Shown: positions 39,086 to 49,397 of the stretch, one piece after another | Numbering within the stretch: the first letter of the stretch is position 1 | How the letters are laid out: every line of letters starts with the position of its first letter | Source of the DNA: Methanothermococcus sp. Ax23 | GTDB lineage: Archaea > AGJL01 > Methanococci > Methanococcales > Methanococcaceae | NCBI RefSeq assembly: GCF_049075655.1 | Contig: NZ_CP157522.1 | Span: 608,001-672,000 of the forward strand | Direction: 5' to 3' | DNA length: 64,000 bases | Notes under the pieces: generated by a model | Seen by the model: the letters and a program-made list of their open reading frames with translations, nothing else | What the model was told of the DNA's origin: nothing | Databases searched by the model: none | Made by a program: the position numbers and the translations under genes

Positions 39086-39339
39086 TATTTGCTAAGCATA
39101 GCTTAGCAAATACTCTTTGGAGTCGGTCAAAAAGTTTTTGGAATTGACTCGGTCGTTACTAAGTATCACTTGGTTGCGGGCTTACATCAAACCTGAGCTC
39201 CTTTTCTCTCAGGCTATCATTGACTGCATAATATGATGGTGGTTTGGATGATGTATTGTTTTTAGGTTTGGAACAATATTATATATATGCAAAAATAATC
39301 CTTCAAAAAATTAACAATAACAATAAAAAAATAAAAAAA

Positions 39340-40356
39340 TCACTTATTCTTTACAATCTTTTCCAGATTATCAAGTTGTTCCGTAGTTCCAAACGCATAA
39401 AGCACATCATTAGAGGAGATTATAATATTGGGCGGTGGATTTGTTATCAACTCGTTGTCTTTTTTAATACCTATTATAGTAGCTCCACTTTCCTGCCTTA
39501 TTCTCGTTTCAGATAAACTCTTACCTGCCAGTCGAGAGCCTTCTTCAATCTTTATCTTTCTTATCTCTAAATCTTCATCATATTCATATTTAGCTATGGA
39601 CATAAAAGTAGATACAAAATCAAGTATATCTGGCTTTAATGCAAGTTCCGCCATCCTTAAACCCCCTATAACATAAGGAGAAACTACCCTATCTGCCCCT
39701 GCAATTAAGAGCTTGTCCATGGCCACTCTTTCATCGGCTTTTGCAATAATATAAAGATTTGGATTAAGTCTTTTTGCAGATAAGGTGATATATACATTAT
39801 CAGAGTCTCTTGAAACTGTTGAAATCAGGCCTTTTGCTTCTTTTATCCTTGCCTTTAATAATGTATCATCAAGGGTGGCATCACCCACAATATAATTAAA
39901 ATTCGGATTATCTTCGAGCTCATTTTCCAAAAGTTCCGCATTATTATCTATGACAACATATTTTGCTCCAGATTTTTCAAGTTTATCTGCAACAACTTTT
40001 CCACTTCTACCATATCCGCAGATAATATAATGATTTTTTAAATATTTTATTCTTTTATCCATGTTTCTCATCTGATTTGTTTTTTTAAAATAACCGCCTA
40101 TAAAAAATTCAGCAATATTTCCCAAGGCATACAATCCTATGCCGACGCCAAATAATATATACATGGCTGAAATGAGTTTCCCCAGTTCTGTCTTTGGCAC
40201 ATAATCTCCATAACCTACTGTTGAAATAGTGACTATTGAAAAATACAGTGCATCCAATGGCCTTAATCCTTCTATATTCATCATAACTATTGAATAGATT
40301 ACAATCGCAACTCCCATTACACCTATACTTAGTTTTATCCTATCTATAACTTCCAT
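39340..40356 (-). CDS. Potassium channel with RCK-N and RCK-C domains
   Basis: STVGYGD filter, HYIICGYGRSG, GDAT, RCK-C; probable ATG at 40356. Confidence 0.92.
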   Translation of the reverse strand: MEVIDRIKLSIGVMGVAIVIYSIVMMNIEGLRPLDALYFSIVTISTVGYGDYVPKTELGKLISAMYILFGVGIGLYALGNIAEFFIGGYFKKTNQMRNMDKRIKYLKNHYIICGYGRSGKVVADKLEKSGAKYVVIDNNAELLENELEDNPNFNYIVGDATLDDTLLKARIKEAKGLISTVSRDSDNVYITLSAKRLNPNLYIIAKADERVAMDKLLIAGADRVVSPYVIGGLRMAELALKPDILDFVSTFMSIAKYEYDEDLEIRKIKIEEGSRLAGKSLSETRIRQESGATIIGIKKDNELITNPPPNIIISSNDVLYAFGTTEQLDNLEKIVKNK

Positions 40357-40469
40357 CTTACCACATATAATACATATAAATCCAAATACATCTATGAAAA
40401 TATAAATAATAATGATGTATAAATTAATTACTACCAACTATAAATTAATAAATATAATCAACATAAAAT

Positions 40470-42029
40470 ATGAAGATGATATTTATGGACATAGGCATAA
40501 TTGATATAAAAGGTTCATTACCCTGTTTTGAAAGTTTTGGGGGCCTACCTACAAAAATAATAGACGAAAACAACACTTCAGAAATTAAAGACTTAAACAT
40601 GCTGATTATACCCGGTGGGAGTTTAGTTGAAAGCGGTTCATTGAACGAAAAATTAAAAAAACATATAATAGAATTTGATGGAATAATACTTGGAATATGT
40701 AGTGGATTTCAAATATTATCTGAAAAAATAGATATTGGTAGAAAAAGTCCAGTTCCCATTGTTAAAGAAGGTTTGGGATTGTTGAATGTTGAATTTTCAC
40801 CACTTATTTGCACAGACGAAGTTAATTTTGAATTAAAAAATGACACTATTTTTGGAAAAAGCAATGATGCTGGAATGGGATTTCATTGCCACACATACGG
40901 CAATATAAAAATAACCAACAAAAAAACAAAACAACTATGTATTTCAAAAATTAAAAAATTAAACTACAAAATGGTTGGAGATGTAGATATCATATCCGGT
41001 GTTTATCATAAAAATATCTTTGGAACAATGGTGCATGGATTTTTAGATAACGAAAATATAAAAGAAAACTTGCTTAATTCGTTAAATATCGACGAAAATG
41101 AACGAGAGTTGATATTTAAAAAAAATAAGGACATAACTCAAAAATTAAAATCTAAATCTATAATAAACACCAATACTAATATGGTAAATAGTAAGGTTAA
41201 TATTAATAATAGGAGCTCCCCTTCAAAACATTCAAAAGAAACTAATGAAAAAAAAGGATTGATTCTTCTAGCAACTGGCTCCGAAAGTGGAAAAACTTTT
41301 CTAACAACATGTATAGTATCAAAATTGGATAAAAAAACATTTGTAGCAAAAATAGGTCCCGATGTGAGAGATATTGTTCCATCACTTTATATTTTAAGAG
41401 AACCTATGTCAAAATACAGCAGTATAAAAATCGCAGATAGGGGCTGGTGTGATGTTGATGATTTTTTAAAATTTGTTAAAAATTCAGATTATACATATTA
41501 TATTATCGAAGGAGTGATGGGTGCATTTACAGGAGCATTGAACAAAAAAAATTATAGTGGAGCCGAAATATCGAAAATATTGGGATTCCCTGTATATATT
41601 GTATCATCATGCAGTAAAAGCGGTATTGAAGGAGCATTTGTGGAAAGTTTTGGATATTATTCATTATTAAAAGAGATGGGAGTTAATGTTAAAGGAATAA
41701 TATTAAATAAAATTTATAACTTTGAAGTATTTGAGAAGGTTAAAAAAATAGGAGATGAAATTGGATTACATATAATAGGAGTTGGAAAAGCAAAAATGGA
41801 TAAAAGAGGTCTGATGCCAGAGGTTGAGATAGATTATGAAAACTTCTGTAAAAATGCCATGGATTTGGATATAAAGCTCGAAATTCCGAAAATTGAAATA
41901 GATAATAATAACGATAACAATGCAAAATTAGAGGAAAACCTTTGCATTTCATCACCCTCCGCTCCGCTCCAAGAAGATAAAGATTTTGAATATTATTTAA
42001 AAAAATGGATTAATAATCATTATTTTTAA
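40470..42029 (+). CDS. CobB/CobQ-like amidotransferase with N-terminal class I glutamine amidotransferase and C-terminal P-loop synthetase domain
   Basis: [26 protein letters not shown]; [20 protein letters not shown]. Confidence 0.8.
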   Translation: MKMIFMDIGIIDIKGSLPCFESFGGLPTKIIDENNTSEIKDLNMLIIPGGSLVESGSLNEKLKKHIIEFDGIILGICSGFQILSEKIDIGRKSPVPIVKEGLGLLNVEFSPLICTDEVNFELKNDTIFGKSNDAGMGFHCHTYGNIKITNKKTKQLCISKIKKLNYKMVGDVDIISGVYHKNIFGTMVHGFLDNENIKENLLNSLNIDENERELIFKKNKDITQKLKSKSIINTNTNMVNSKVNINNRSSPSKHSKETNEKKGLILLATGSESGKTFLTTCIVSKLDKKTFVAKIGPDVRDIVPSLYILREPMSKYSSIKIADRGWCDVDDFLKFVKNSDYTYYIIEGVMGAFTGALNKKNYSGAEISKILGFPVYIVSSCSKSGIEGAFVESFGYYSLLKEMGVNVKGIILNKIYNFEVFEKVKKIGDEIGLHIIGVGKAKMDKRGLMPEVEIDYENFCKNAMDLDIKLEIPKIEIDNNNDNNAKLEENLCISSPSAPLQEDKDFEYYLKKWINNHYF

Positions 42030-42060
42030 GAATTATAACTTATAACTATCAAGGGATAGT

Positions 42061-44085
42061 ATGGATGAAAAAAAGATAGAGCAGTTAAAACCATATATTA
42101 CCAACTATATAAGAAACTTCCACAGTGATGACATTATATCAGAAAAGGAAAGGGTAGTAATAGACTTGGAGAAATTATATAATTATGGAATAGTGGATTT
42201 TATAGAATATATTTATGAAAATCCATACGATGGATTAAAGATTTTAGAAGATGCATACGTGGAAGCATACTACGCACTAAAAAATGAAAATCCAAACTGC
42301 TCCATCACAATAAAAAACATACCCGAAGTATTCAAAAAATACAACAACAAAACATTAACAATTAAGGATATTAAAAGCAGTACATTGGGAAAACTTATAG
42401 AATTTGAAGGAATTATTGTATTAGCAACTAAAATAAAATCAATATTAAAAAAAGCAGTATATGTATGCAATAATTGTGGAAATAGGGTTGTTGTAAATAT
42501 CGATAATCCCTATGAATATAATCCAGAGTCTAAATCATGCACCAATGAAAAATGTAATGGAATATTACAGATAGTAGAAAACGAATCGGAGTATATTGAC
42601 TTCCAGGAATTAAAAGTTCAACAACCGCTGGATTTAATGGATGACCCAGAGGAACCTCCAAAATATATATCTGTATTTTTAGAAAATTCGCCGGGCATAT
42701 TCTGCGGAAGGGTAAAAATAATAGGAATACCCATCAAATACCAAAGTAGTAAAAAACTACCAATATATGACATATACATAAGAGGGCTAAATTGCGAAAT
42801 AATAGAAAATAAATTAGAAAGTGAGCTCACCGAAGATGACATTGAAAAAATAGAAAAAGTTGCCAAACACCCAAAAGTGCTGGATATATTATCAAATGAA
42901 CTCATCCCAGAAATAAAAGGATATGAAACTATAAAGAAGGCGATATTTTTACAGCAGATAAAAGGAGTTAAAAAAGGGAATAAAAGAGCCGACAGCCACA
43001 TACTTTTAATTACCGACCCGGGGATTGGAAAAAGTGTTATGCTCAGAAAAATAGCGGAGCTCCCGGGAAACCTATATGGTTCTGTAACCACGGCATCAGG
43101 AGTTGGTTTAACCGCAGCAGTTGTTAGGGAAAAAACTGAAATTGGGGATGATACGTGGGTTATAAAACCAGGTTTGTTGGTTAAAGCAAACAAGGGGACC
43201 GCATGTATTGACGAGCTAACTGTTAATAAGGACCTTCAAAGTTTTGTTTTAGAGGCTATGGAAAGCCAAACAATTCACATTAATAAAGGGGGTATAAATA
43301 CAAAGCTTCCAGCAGAGTGTGCAATTCTTGCTGCATGCAACCCAAGATGGGGAAAATTTGACCCCAATGTTTCAATACCTGAACAGATAAACATACCTGC
43401 CCCTATGTTAAGTAGATTTGATATAATATTTCCAATAAAGGATGAAGTAGATAGGGCAAAGGACAAAGACATAGCAAAACATATTATCAATATCCATAGA
43501 AAATATTTGAAGAAGGACGAAGGAGACATAAAAGTCGATAAAGAGACTAAAATTAATGGTGTTGAAATCGACGATGAATTTATCATAAAATATATATTAT
43601 ATGCTAGACAGAAAAAGCCAATTATATCAAAAAATGCAGAGGATATTTTAGTAGAATACTACACAAACATGAGGAAGAGCTCTATACAAATAACCGCAAG
43701 GCAGCTTGAAGCTGCGATTCGACTTGCTGAAGCTCATGCAAAGGTGAAATTAAAGGATGTTGTGGAAGAAGAGGATGCAGAAGAGGCAATAAATATAATA
43801 ATGGAATCACTAAAAGAGATAGCCTATGATCCAGAAACTGGTATGATTGATATAGGGAAGATTACGGGAGAATCAAACAAGGATAAAAATAAAATGAAGG
43901 AGATATACACAATTATTAAAAAACTCTCAGAAAAGAACAACGAGGGATTGGTGTTATTCGAAGATATATTGGAAGAAACTAAAAAGAAGGGAATGGATGA
44001 AGAAGAAACCGAGAACATCATTAAAAAATTATTAAAGAGGGGGGACATCGACGAACCAAGGAATGGAAAATACCGAATTATATAA
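42061..44085 (+). CDS. mcm: MCM replicative helicase (no intein)
   Basis: Zn finger CNNC...C...C, DFQE, ITDPGIGKS, GVGLTAAV, CIDE, MLSRFD, TARQLE, C-terminal wH. Confidence 0.96.
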   Translation: MDEKKIEQLKPYITNYIRNFHSDDIISEKERVVIDLEKLYNYGIVDFIEYIYENPYDGLKILEDAYVEAYYALKNENPNCSITIKNIPEVFKKYNNKTLTIKDIKSSTLGKLIEFEGIIVLATKIKSILKKAVYVCNNCGNRVVVNIDNPYEYNPESKSCTNEKCNGILQIVENESEYIDFQELKVQQPLDLMDDPEEPPKYISVFLENSPGIFCGRVKIIGIPIKYQSSKKLPIYDIYIRGLNCEIIENKLESELTEDDIEKIEKVAKHPKVLDILSNELIPEIKGYETIKKAIFLQQIKGVKKGNKRADSHILLITDPGIGKSVMLRKIAELPGNLYGSVTTASGVGLTAAVVREKTEIGDDTWVIKPGLLVKANKGTACIDELTVNKDLQSFVLEAMESQTIHINKGGINTKLPAECAILAACNPRWGKFDPNVSIPEQINIPAPMLSRFDIIFPIKDEVDRAKDKDIAKHIINIHRKYLKKDEGDIKVDKETKINGVEIDDEFIIKYILYARQKKPIISKNAEDILVEYYTNMRKSSIQITARQLEAAIRLAEAHAKVKLKDVVEEEDAEEAINIIMESLKEIAYDPETGMIDIGKITGESNKDKNKMKEIYTIIKKLSEKNNEGLVLFEDILEETKKKGMDEEETENIIKKLLKRGDIDEPRNGKYRII

Positions 44086-44191
44086 TATCAAAAACCTTCA
44101 ACATTATCAGCTTCATCGAATATAATGGGCATATTATAATTAAATCCATTCGATAAAAAAATATTAATGTAAAAAGAATACTTGTGATACA

Positions 44192-45247
44192 ATGAACATA
44201 ATATATCAGACCGCATCAGATTTTTTAACAAATGATATATGGGTCATGCCAACAGATAGGAAAAATATACTTGAATTAGATGAAAGCGGAGAAATTAAAA
44301 TATTTAACAATATTCCAGTTTTAAGGGTGCTTGCAACACCCTCTTTAAAAAAAACAATTAGTAGGTTAGTTTATACCATAAAAGATAAAATGGTTTTATT
44401 TAAAAATAAAGACGAAAATATTAATTTAAATATATTTAAATACTTGGACAAAATGTACTTCAAAACCCCAAATAAAAATTATTATAGGACAAAAAAAGCA
44501 TGGTATAGATTCATTGGCGATTTATTTGAAGACATCAACAATTGGAATTTTAAAAAGGTCATTACTAAAACCATAATACTACTTAAAATATTAAAGCCCG
44601 TGTTAGTATTTGATGTCCATAATGTTTCAAAATGGAACCATATAGAAGGTTTTAAAAAATTTATAAACACACTTCATAAACATAACATCAGCATCGTAAT
44701 AAGATGCCCAGTTGAATCCATAAACCACATAAAAAAAACATTTGAAAACTCAAAAATAAACAATATTGCCGTGATGAAGTACTATGGAAAACTAAAAGGA
44801 TATAATATCTCAACAAAAGTAGCAGAATATTTATTAAAAATATCCAATGGGAATATAAACATACTAAAATTAATATTGCCGCATTCAAAACGGGATTTAA
44901 AGACATTGCGAGATTTAAAAATACCATGGTTAAAAATAATTCCATTGATTGTTCCAAAAAAATATAAACGCATAATGGAAATAGTATGCAGCATGAAAAA
45001 ATTCAGCATAAGTAATATTGAAAAATACATCAATTTAAAAATACCTACAATATATGCATATTTAAGTGATTTAGTTGATATGAAACTGCTAAAAAAGAGA
45101 AGAATTGGAAGAAATTTAATATACAAATTAAACCTAAATAAAGATGAGTTATTCTATTTTATTAACAATATACCTTATAAAGACTTACATTACAGTGTTT
45201 TTTTAGACTCTCAGTCAATACATAATGGATTTCGGCTTTTCGGATAG
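44192..45247 (+). CDS. Hypothetical protein: degenerate AAA+-like core with C-terminal winged helix
   Basis: VLVFD (Walker-B-like), LLKISNGNI (lid-like), C-terminal IPTIYAYLSDLVDMKLL...GRNLIYKL; no Walker A. Confidence 0.6.
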   Translation: MNIIYQTASDFLTNDIWVMPTDRKNILELDESGEIKIFNNIPVLRVLATPSLKKTISRLVYTIKDKMVLFKNKDENINLNIFKYLDKMYFKTPNKNYYRTKKAWYRFIGDLFEDINNWNFKKVITKTIILLKILKPVLVFDVHNVSKWNHIEGFKKFINTLHKHNISIVIRCPVESINHIKKTFENSKINNIAVMKYYGKLKGYNISTKVAEYLLKISNGNINILKLILPHSKRDLKTLRDLKIPWLKIIPLIVPKKYKRIMEIVCSMKKFSISNIEKYINLKIPTIYAYLSDLVDMKLLKKRRIGRNLIYKLNLNKDELFYFINNIPYKDLHYSVFLDSQSIHNGFRLFG

Positions 45248-45762
45248 TATGATATTTTATTGAATAACACATAATCATGGTTTTTTATTATCAAATATGT
45301 TTTGTGTATGGTTATGACACACTTCTATTTTTACCATAAGGTTTTAAAATAATACTATACGAAATGAGAATATAAATGATTTTCTTAAAAGTGTTTCGGG
45401 TTTTCGAACTTCATGTATGTATAGGAAATAAAAATGTATGTCCAAAAACAAAAAAATAAAATTATTCCAGACGTTTTATATTGTATTATTTTTTTGCACT
45501 TAATATGTATATAATCAAAAAAAAATGAATTATACATTATAATATTACATATAACATTACATTATACATATAACTAAATAAATAAAACAAAATATAAATA
45601 AAATCAGATTAAAAAACCGTATATTATGTATTAAATTTATATACTAATGTTTAAGTAAAATATAAGCATTTTCCATTGAATAATTTTCTACGAATAATTG
45701 AAAATCATAATTTTTTTGGAGATTTTCCAGGGCCATACATACATCATGCTCGAAAACCCGAA
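45230..45762. repeat. TTCGGGTTTTCGA-type motifs in inverted arrangement around an AT-rich spacer between convergent genes
   Basis: TTTCGGCTTTTCGG at 45230, TTTCGGGTTTTCGA at 45394, reverse copy TCGAAAACCCGAA at 45750; related copy at 46874. Confidence 0.65.
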
Positions 45763-45768
45763 TTACTA

Positions 45769-46290
45769 TTATTTTTGATTTTCATAATACTTTTTCAGAT
45801 AGTTAATATGCCTACAATCCGAGGATTGACATGCTACACACCACCAGGTGCCTGTTTTTGATTTAAAAACCGTTGATATCTCCTCTCCATTTTCATCATA
45901 GAATTTAAATGAGATTCCACCAAATTCATCGGTGAATTTCCTTATTTCAAAACCTATTCTATTTACTGGATAATACTTGGTTCTAAATTTCTTTTTCGAT
46001 AGACTTTCGAAAAGACCCGAAAAACTAAGGTCAAATATTTCAGGGCATACTCTCTTTAAAATTGCAATTCCTTTTGTAGTTAATGAGTATAATACTTTAT
46101 GACCGTTTCTATCTCTTTTTGTTAAGTTTAAAGCAGTGCAAAGCCTTAAAAATTGTGATGGAATGCCCTTAGAGATTTTTAGGTTTTCGGTTATTTGCTG
46201 GGGATAGGCTGTGCCACGAATCAACACATAATGTAAAATTAATTTCCTTATTGGAGTAGATACTGTTTTATTTATGATATAATCCATCAT
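45769..46290 (-). CDS. Winged-helix DNA-binding protein with C-terminal CxxC-x4-CxH (SWIM-like) zinc finger
   Basis: YPQQITENLKISKG...RNGHKVLYSLT wHTH; WWCVACQSSDCRH. Confidence 0.75.
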   Translation of the reverse strand: MMDYIINKTVSTPIRKLILHYVLIRGTAYPQQITENLKISKGIPSQFLRLCTALNLTKRDRNGHKVLYSLTTKGIAILKRVCPEIFDLSFSGLFESLSKKKFRTKYYPVNRIGFEIRKFTDEFGGISFKFYDENGEEISTVFKSKTGTWWCVACQSSDCRHINYLKKYYENQK

Positions 46291-46977
46291 ACCACCATTT
46301 TTTTATAAATTACGTATTTATAATTGATAATTTGTAATTTAATAAATTGTTTAGTTGTATTTAGTATAATTTATCCTTAGATTCATTTCATGATTTTTTC
46401 ACATTGTGATTTACTATCAAATTCCATACTATATATAATTTTTTGTCAAAGAATATATTTATAATTCAGTTTTTATCGGATGTTCTTATTTTTTACGGGT
46501 AGTGGTTTTGCTATTTTTTATTTAGTTAGATATATTATGTGTAATATTATTTAGCATTATTGATTCATAGTTTTTTTTATTATATATGTTATATTCACAT
46601 TTTTAATTTTCATATATATACTAAAAATTCAATTAAAAAAAACTTTATAATTATAGTGATAGTTTATATATTTTTTAAATTTTTATTAAAGTTATTTTTA
46701 TAGCATTTTTGAGAATGTATTTCAAAGGTTTTTCAATTTTATCATTAGATTCACATTTTAATTTATTTTAAATATTTTATTCATATTTTATTTAAATTAA
46801 TGATTAGAGTTAAATAATCTTATAAATAAATGTATAAATTAATGAATATATACAATAACAAGTAATTTCGAGGTTTCTGGGTTTTCGAATAGATGATGGT
46901 TCAAAATATTAGAAATATCCGAAAAGTATAAAAACAGGTTTTACAGTAGGATGATATACTTTAATATTGGTGGTATT
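46291..46977. other. Candidate replication origin (AT-rich intergenic region with TTAKATTCAY repeats) upstream of a Cdc6-like gene
   Basis: About 690 bp non-coding and extremely AT-rich; TTAGATTCAT 46377, ATTGATTCAT 46559, TTATATTCAC 46589, TTAGATTCAC 46745, TTTTATTCAT 46775; context matches the oriC predicted in silico beside MJ0774 in M. jannaschii. Confidence 0.6.
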
Positions 46978-48207
46978 ATGTTGGACCCTATTGAATTTAT
47001 ACAAAATGCTTCATCAATAACAAAAAAATCAATGAATAGGTTGAAATTAAAGACTAATCCTTTTTCTGAAAAACCAATAAGGGGCAATACCAAGTTTTTT
47101 GTAGGTAGAACCACAGAATTAATGGAAATTGCCGATATATTAGGTGCTGCCCAGTATGGTAGTGTTGCCAATGCCGCCATAGTTGGAACAAAAGGTATTG
47201 GTAAGAGCTCCCTTTTGAATGTTATATATTATGCAGCAAAAAGGCAGAACCACTGGACTGTGGAATTAGAGGCTTCTCAGATTACGCCAAGACAGTTTTT
47301 AATACAGTTAATGCATGGGATTATAAGGGATAATATATTTACTATGGATGGCACCTTATCAACAGATTATTTAGAACACTCTCAAAAGATAATAGATATA
47401 TATCGAAGATTGGATTCATATTCTGATAAAACTCCCGTTCATTATCCAAGGGAGAAAATAGAAAGGGATTTGGATTATTTGTTGAATAATGTAAAAGAAG
47501 ATGGTAAATTATGCATAATTTTAATTGACGAAGCAGACCAATTTGCTAAAAAAGGATGTTTGGGGCTTTTGCAGTTTTTCCACTCATTTTTGTATGAAGA
47601 TGGTATTTTAGCATTTTTTGCAGGTTCCCCAACTCTCATGGAAAATTTAACTAGGGTATCTCCTGCAATGAGGGATAGATTACCTAAAATAATAAATATG
47701 CCTCCGCTATCAAAAGAAGAATCCTATGATTTAATATTAAGGAGATTAAAAGATGCCCAAATTCCAAAGGCAAAAGGTTATGAACCATTCACTGAAAATG
47801 CAGTGGATGTGATTGTTGAAGAATGTGATGGTATTCCAAGGAAAATTATTATGACGTGTTCAGAGGCAATCTCCATAGGATTAAAGAAAGGATTAACTGA
47901 GATAGATGAAGATATTGTTAAAATGGCTATGAAAAAATTAGGAATAAGCGTGGGTCATCAAATCTTGAATCACCTAACCCCTGCTCAATCAAAAATAGTT
48001 AAAGCACTGGCAAGTTTTGGAGGAAAATCAACAGTAACTGAACTTGCAAAAGTTTTAAATAATTCACCTGGGACAGTTGGGACCCATCTATCGGATATAT
48101 ATGAGATGGGATATATTTATAAAGAACGCTCTGGAAATAATGTGTATTATACATTATCTAAGGAATTGAATGAGGTTTTAATAAATAACGATGATGAAGA
48201 TGATTAA
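46978..48207 (+). CDS. AAA+ ATPase with C-terminal winged helix; distant Orc1/Cdc6-like (MJ0774-type)
   Basis: NPF...FVGR, GTKGIGKS, ILIDEAD, DGIPR, C-terminal HTH TVTELAKVL...HLSDI. Confidence 0.8.
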   Translation: MLDPIEFIQNASSITKKSMNRLKLKTNPFSEKPIRGNTKFFVGRTTELMEIADILGAAQYGSVANAAIVGTKGIGKSSLLNVIYYAAKRQNHWTVELEASQITPRQFLIQLMHGIIRDNIFTMDGTLSTDYLEHSQKIIDIYRRLDSYSDKTPVHYPREKIERDLDYLLNNVKEDGKLCIILIDEADQFAKKGCLGLLQFFHSFLYEDGILAFFAGSPTLMENLTRVSPAMRDRLPKIINMPPLSKEESYDLILRRLKDAQIPKAKGYEPFTENAVDVIVEECDGIPRKIIMTCSEAISIGLKKGLTEIDEDIVKMAMKKLGISVGHQILNHLTPAQSKIVKALASFGGKSTVTELAKVLNNSPGTVGTHLSDIYEMGYIYKERSGNNVYYTLSKELNEVLINNDDEDD

Positions 48208-48296
48208 TATAATTAAATATATTAAAATCTTCAAAAGACATTAATGTTAAATACAATAATTTATCATTATTCTTTAATTAATCAAATGGTGAGTCT

Positions 48297-49238
48297 ATGT
48301 TTTGTGATATTCAAGCAACAGAACCTGATATAAAAGTTTCACTCACAAGGGTTGGAGTAACCAATTTAAAAAAACTGGTTAAAATAACGAGGGAATCTAA
48401 AAGACCTATAATTTTACTACCAACTTTTGAAGTATTTGTTGATTTGCCGAGCTCCCAAAAGGGAATACATATGTCAAGAAGTCCTGAGGTAATTGAGGAG
48501 GTAATAGAAAACCTTGTCAATAAAGAAACCTATGGTATAGAGGAGCTCTCGGTTGATATTGTAAAAAAACTTTTTGAAAGGCATGAGTATGCCAGCAGGG
48601 CAGAAGTTTTGATGCACAGCGACTATATGATGGAAGAAAAATCTCCGATAACTGAAAAAAATTCCCAGGAAATTTGTAAGATTATTGGAAGGGCATATGG
48701 AGTAAAGGATTCAGAAGGCAACATTGTTATTAAAAAAATGGTTGGTGCGGAGGTTGTTGGAATTACAGCATGCCCATGTGCTCAGAATCTTTTAAAGGAA
48801 AAAGCAGTGGATAATTTAAAGGAAAAAGGATTTTCGGATGAAGACATCGTTAAAATATTGGATTCAGTTGTTATTGCAACCCATAATCAAAGGGGAATTG
48901 GAACCATAATGATTGAAGTGCCTGATGGGTATGACATCAGCATAGGTAAAATTATAAATATCATTAAAAAATCCATGAGCGGAGAGGTATATGAGCTATT
49001 AAAAAGAGTTGATGAAGGTTATGTCGTAGAAACGGCACACAATAACCCAAAATTTGTTGAAGATTGTGCAAGAGAGATGATTAAGCGGGTTGTAGATGAA
49101 TTTAACTATCTTCCAGATGACACTGAGGTCCTAGTTAGACAGGTTAATAAAGAAAGTATTCATAGACATGATGCTTTTGCAGAGAGATATTCTAAAATGG
49201 GTGATTTGAGGGCTGAATTGGAACTAAATGGTAAATAA
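48297..49238 (+). CDS. mptA: GTP cyclohydrolase MptA (type IV/FolE2 family)
   Basis: KGIHMSR, TACPCA, THNQRG, PKFVED, ESIHRHDA. Confidence 0.95.
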   Translation: MFCDIQATEPDIKVSLTRVGVTNLKKLVKITRESKRPIILLPTFEVFVDLPSSQKGIHMSRSPEVIEEVIENLVNKETYGIEELSVDIVKKLFERHEYASRAEVLMHSDYMMEEKSPITEKNSQEICKIIGRAYGVKDSEGNIVIKKMVGAEVVGITACPCAQNLLKEKAVDNLKEKGFSDEDIVKILDSVVIATHNQRGIGTIMIEVPDGYDISIGKIINIIKKSMSGEVYELLKRVDEGYVVETAHNNPKFVEDCAREMIKRVVDEFNYLPDDTEVLVRQVNKESIHRHDAFAERYSKMGDLRAELELNGK

Positions 49239-49397
49239 TATTAAGTTATTTTATAATATATATAGAACATTTACCATATTTGCTGCATATTCTATATTTT
49301 ATATTTCATATTTCGTTGTTCTATTACTGTATGATTGTATTATGCCTATTTCTAAGTAATTTTATTTTTTCAAATCTCTTTAATTTTAAGTGATTAT

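Noticed and set aside
39088-39110. Perfect hairpin TTTGCTAAGC-ATA-GCTTAGCAAA
   Set aside because: Lies in the 16S leader and is explained as ordinary pre-rRNA structure
45248-46977. CRISPR array in the long spacers
   Set aside because: No regularly spaced 25-40 bp repeats with unique spacers, and no cas genes
42061-48207. Integrated mobile element carrying its own MCM
   Set aside because: No integrase, att duplication or tRNA boundary; neighbours are core genes. Not fully excluded without an MCM phylogeny
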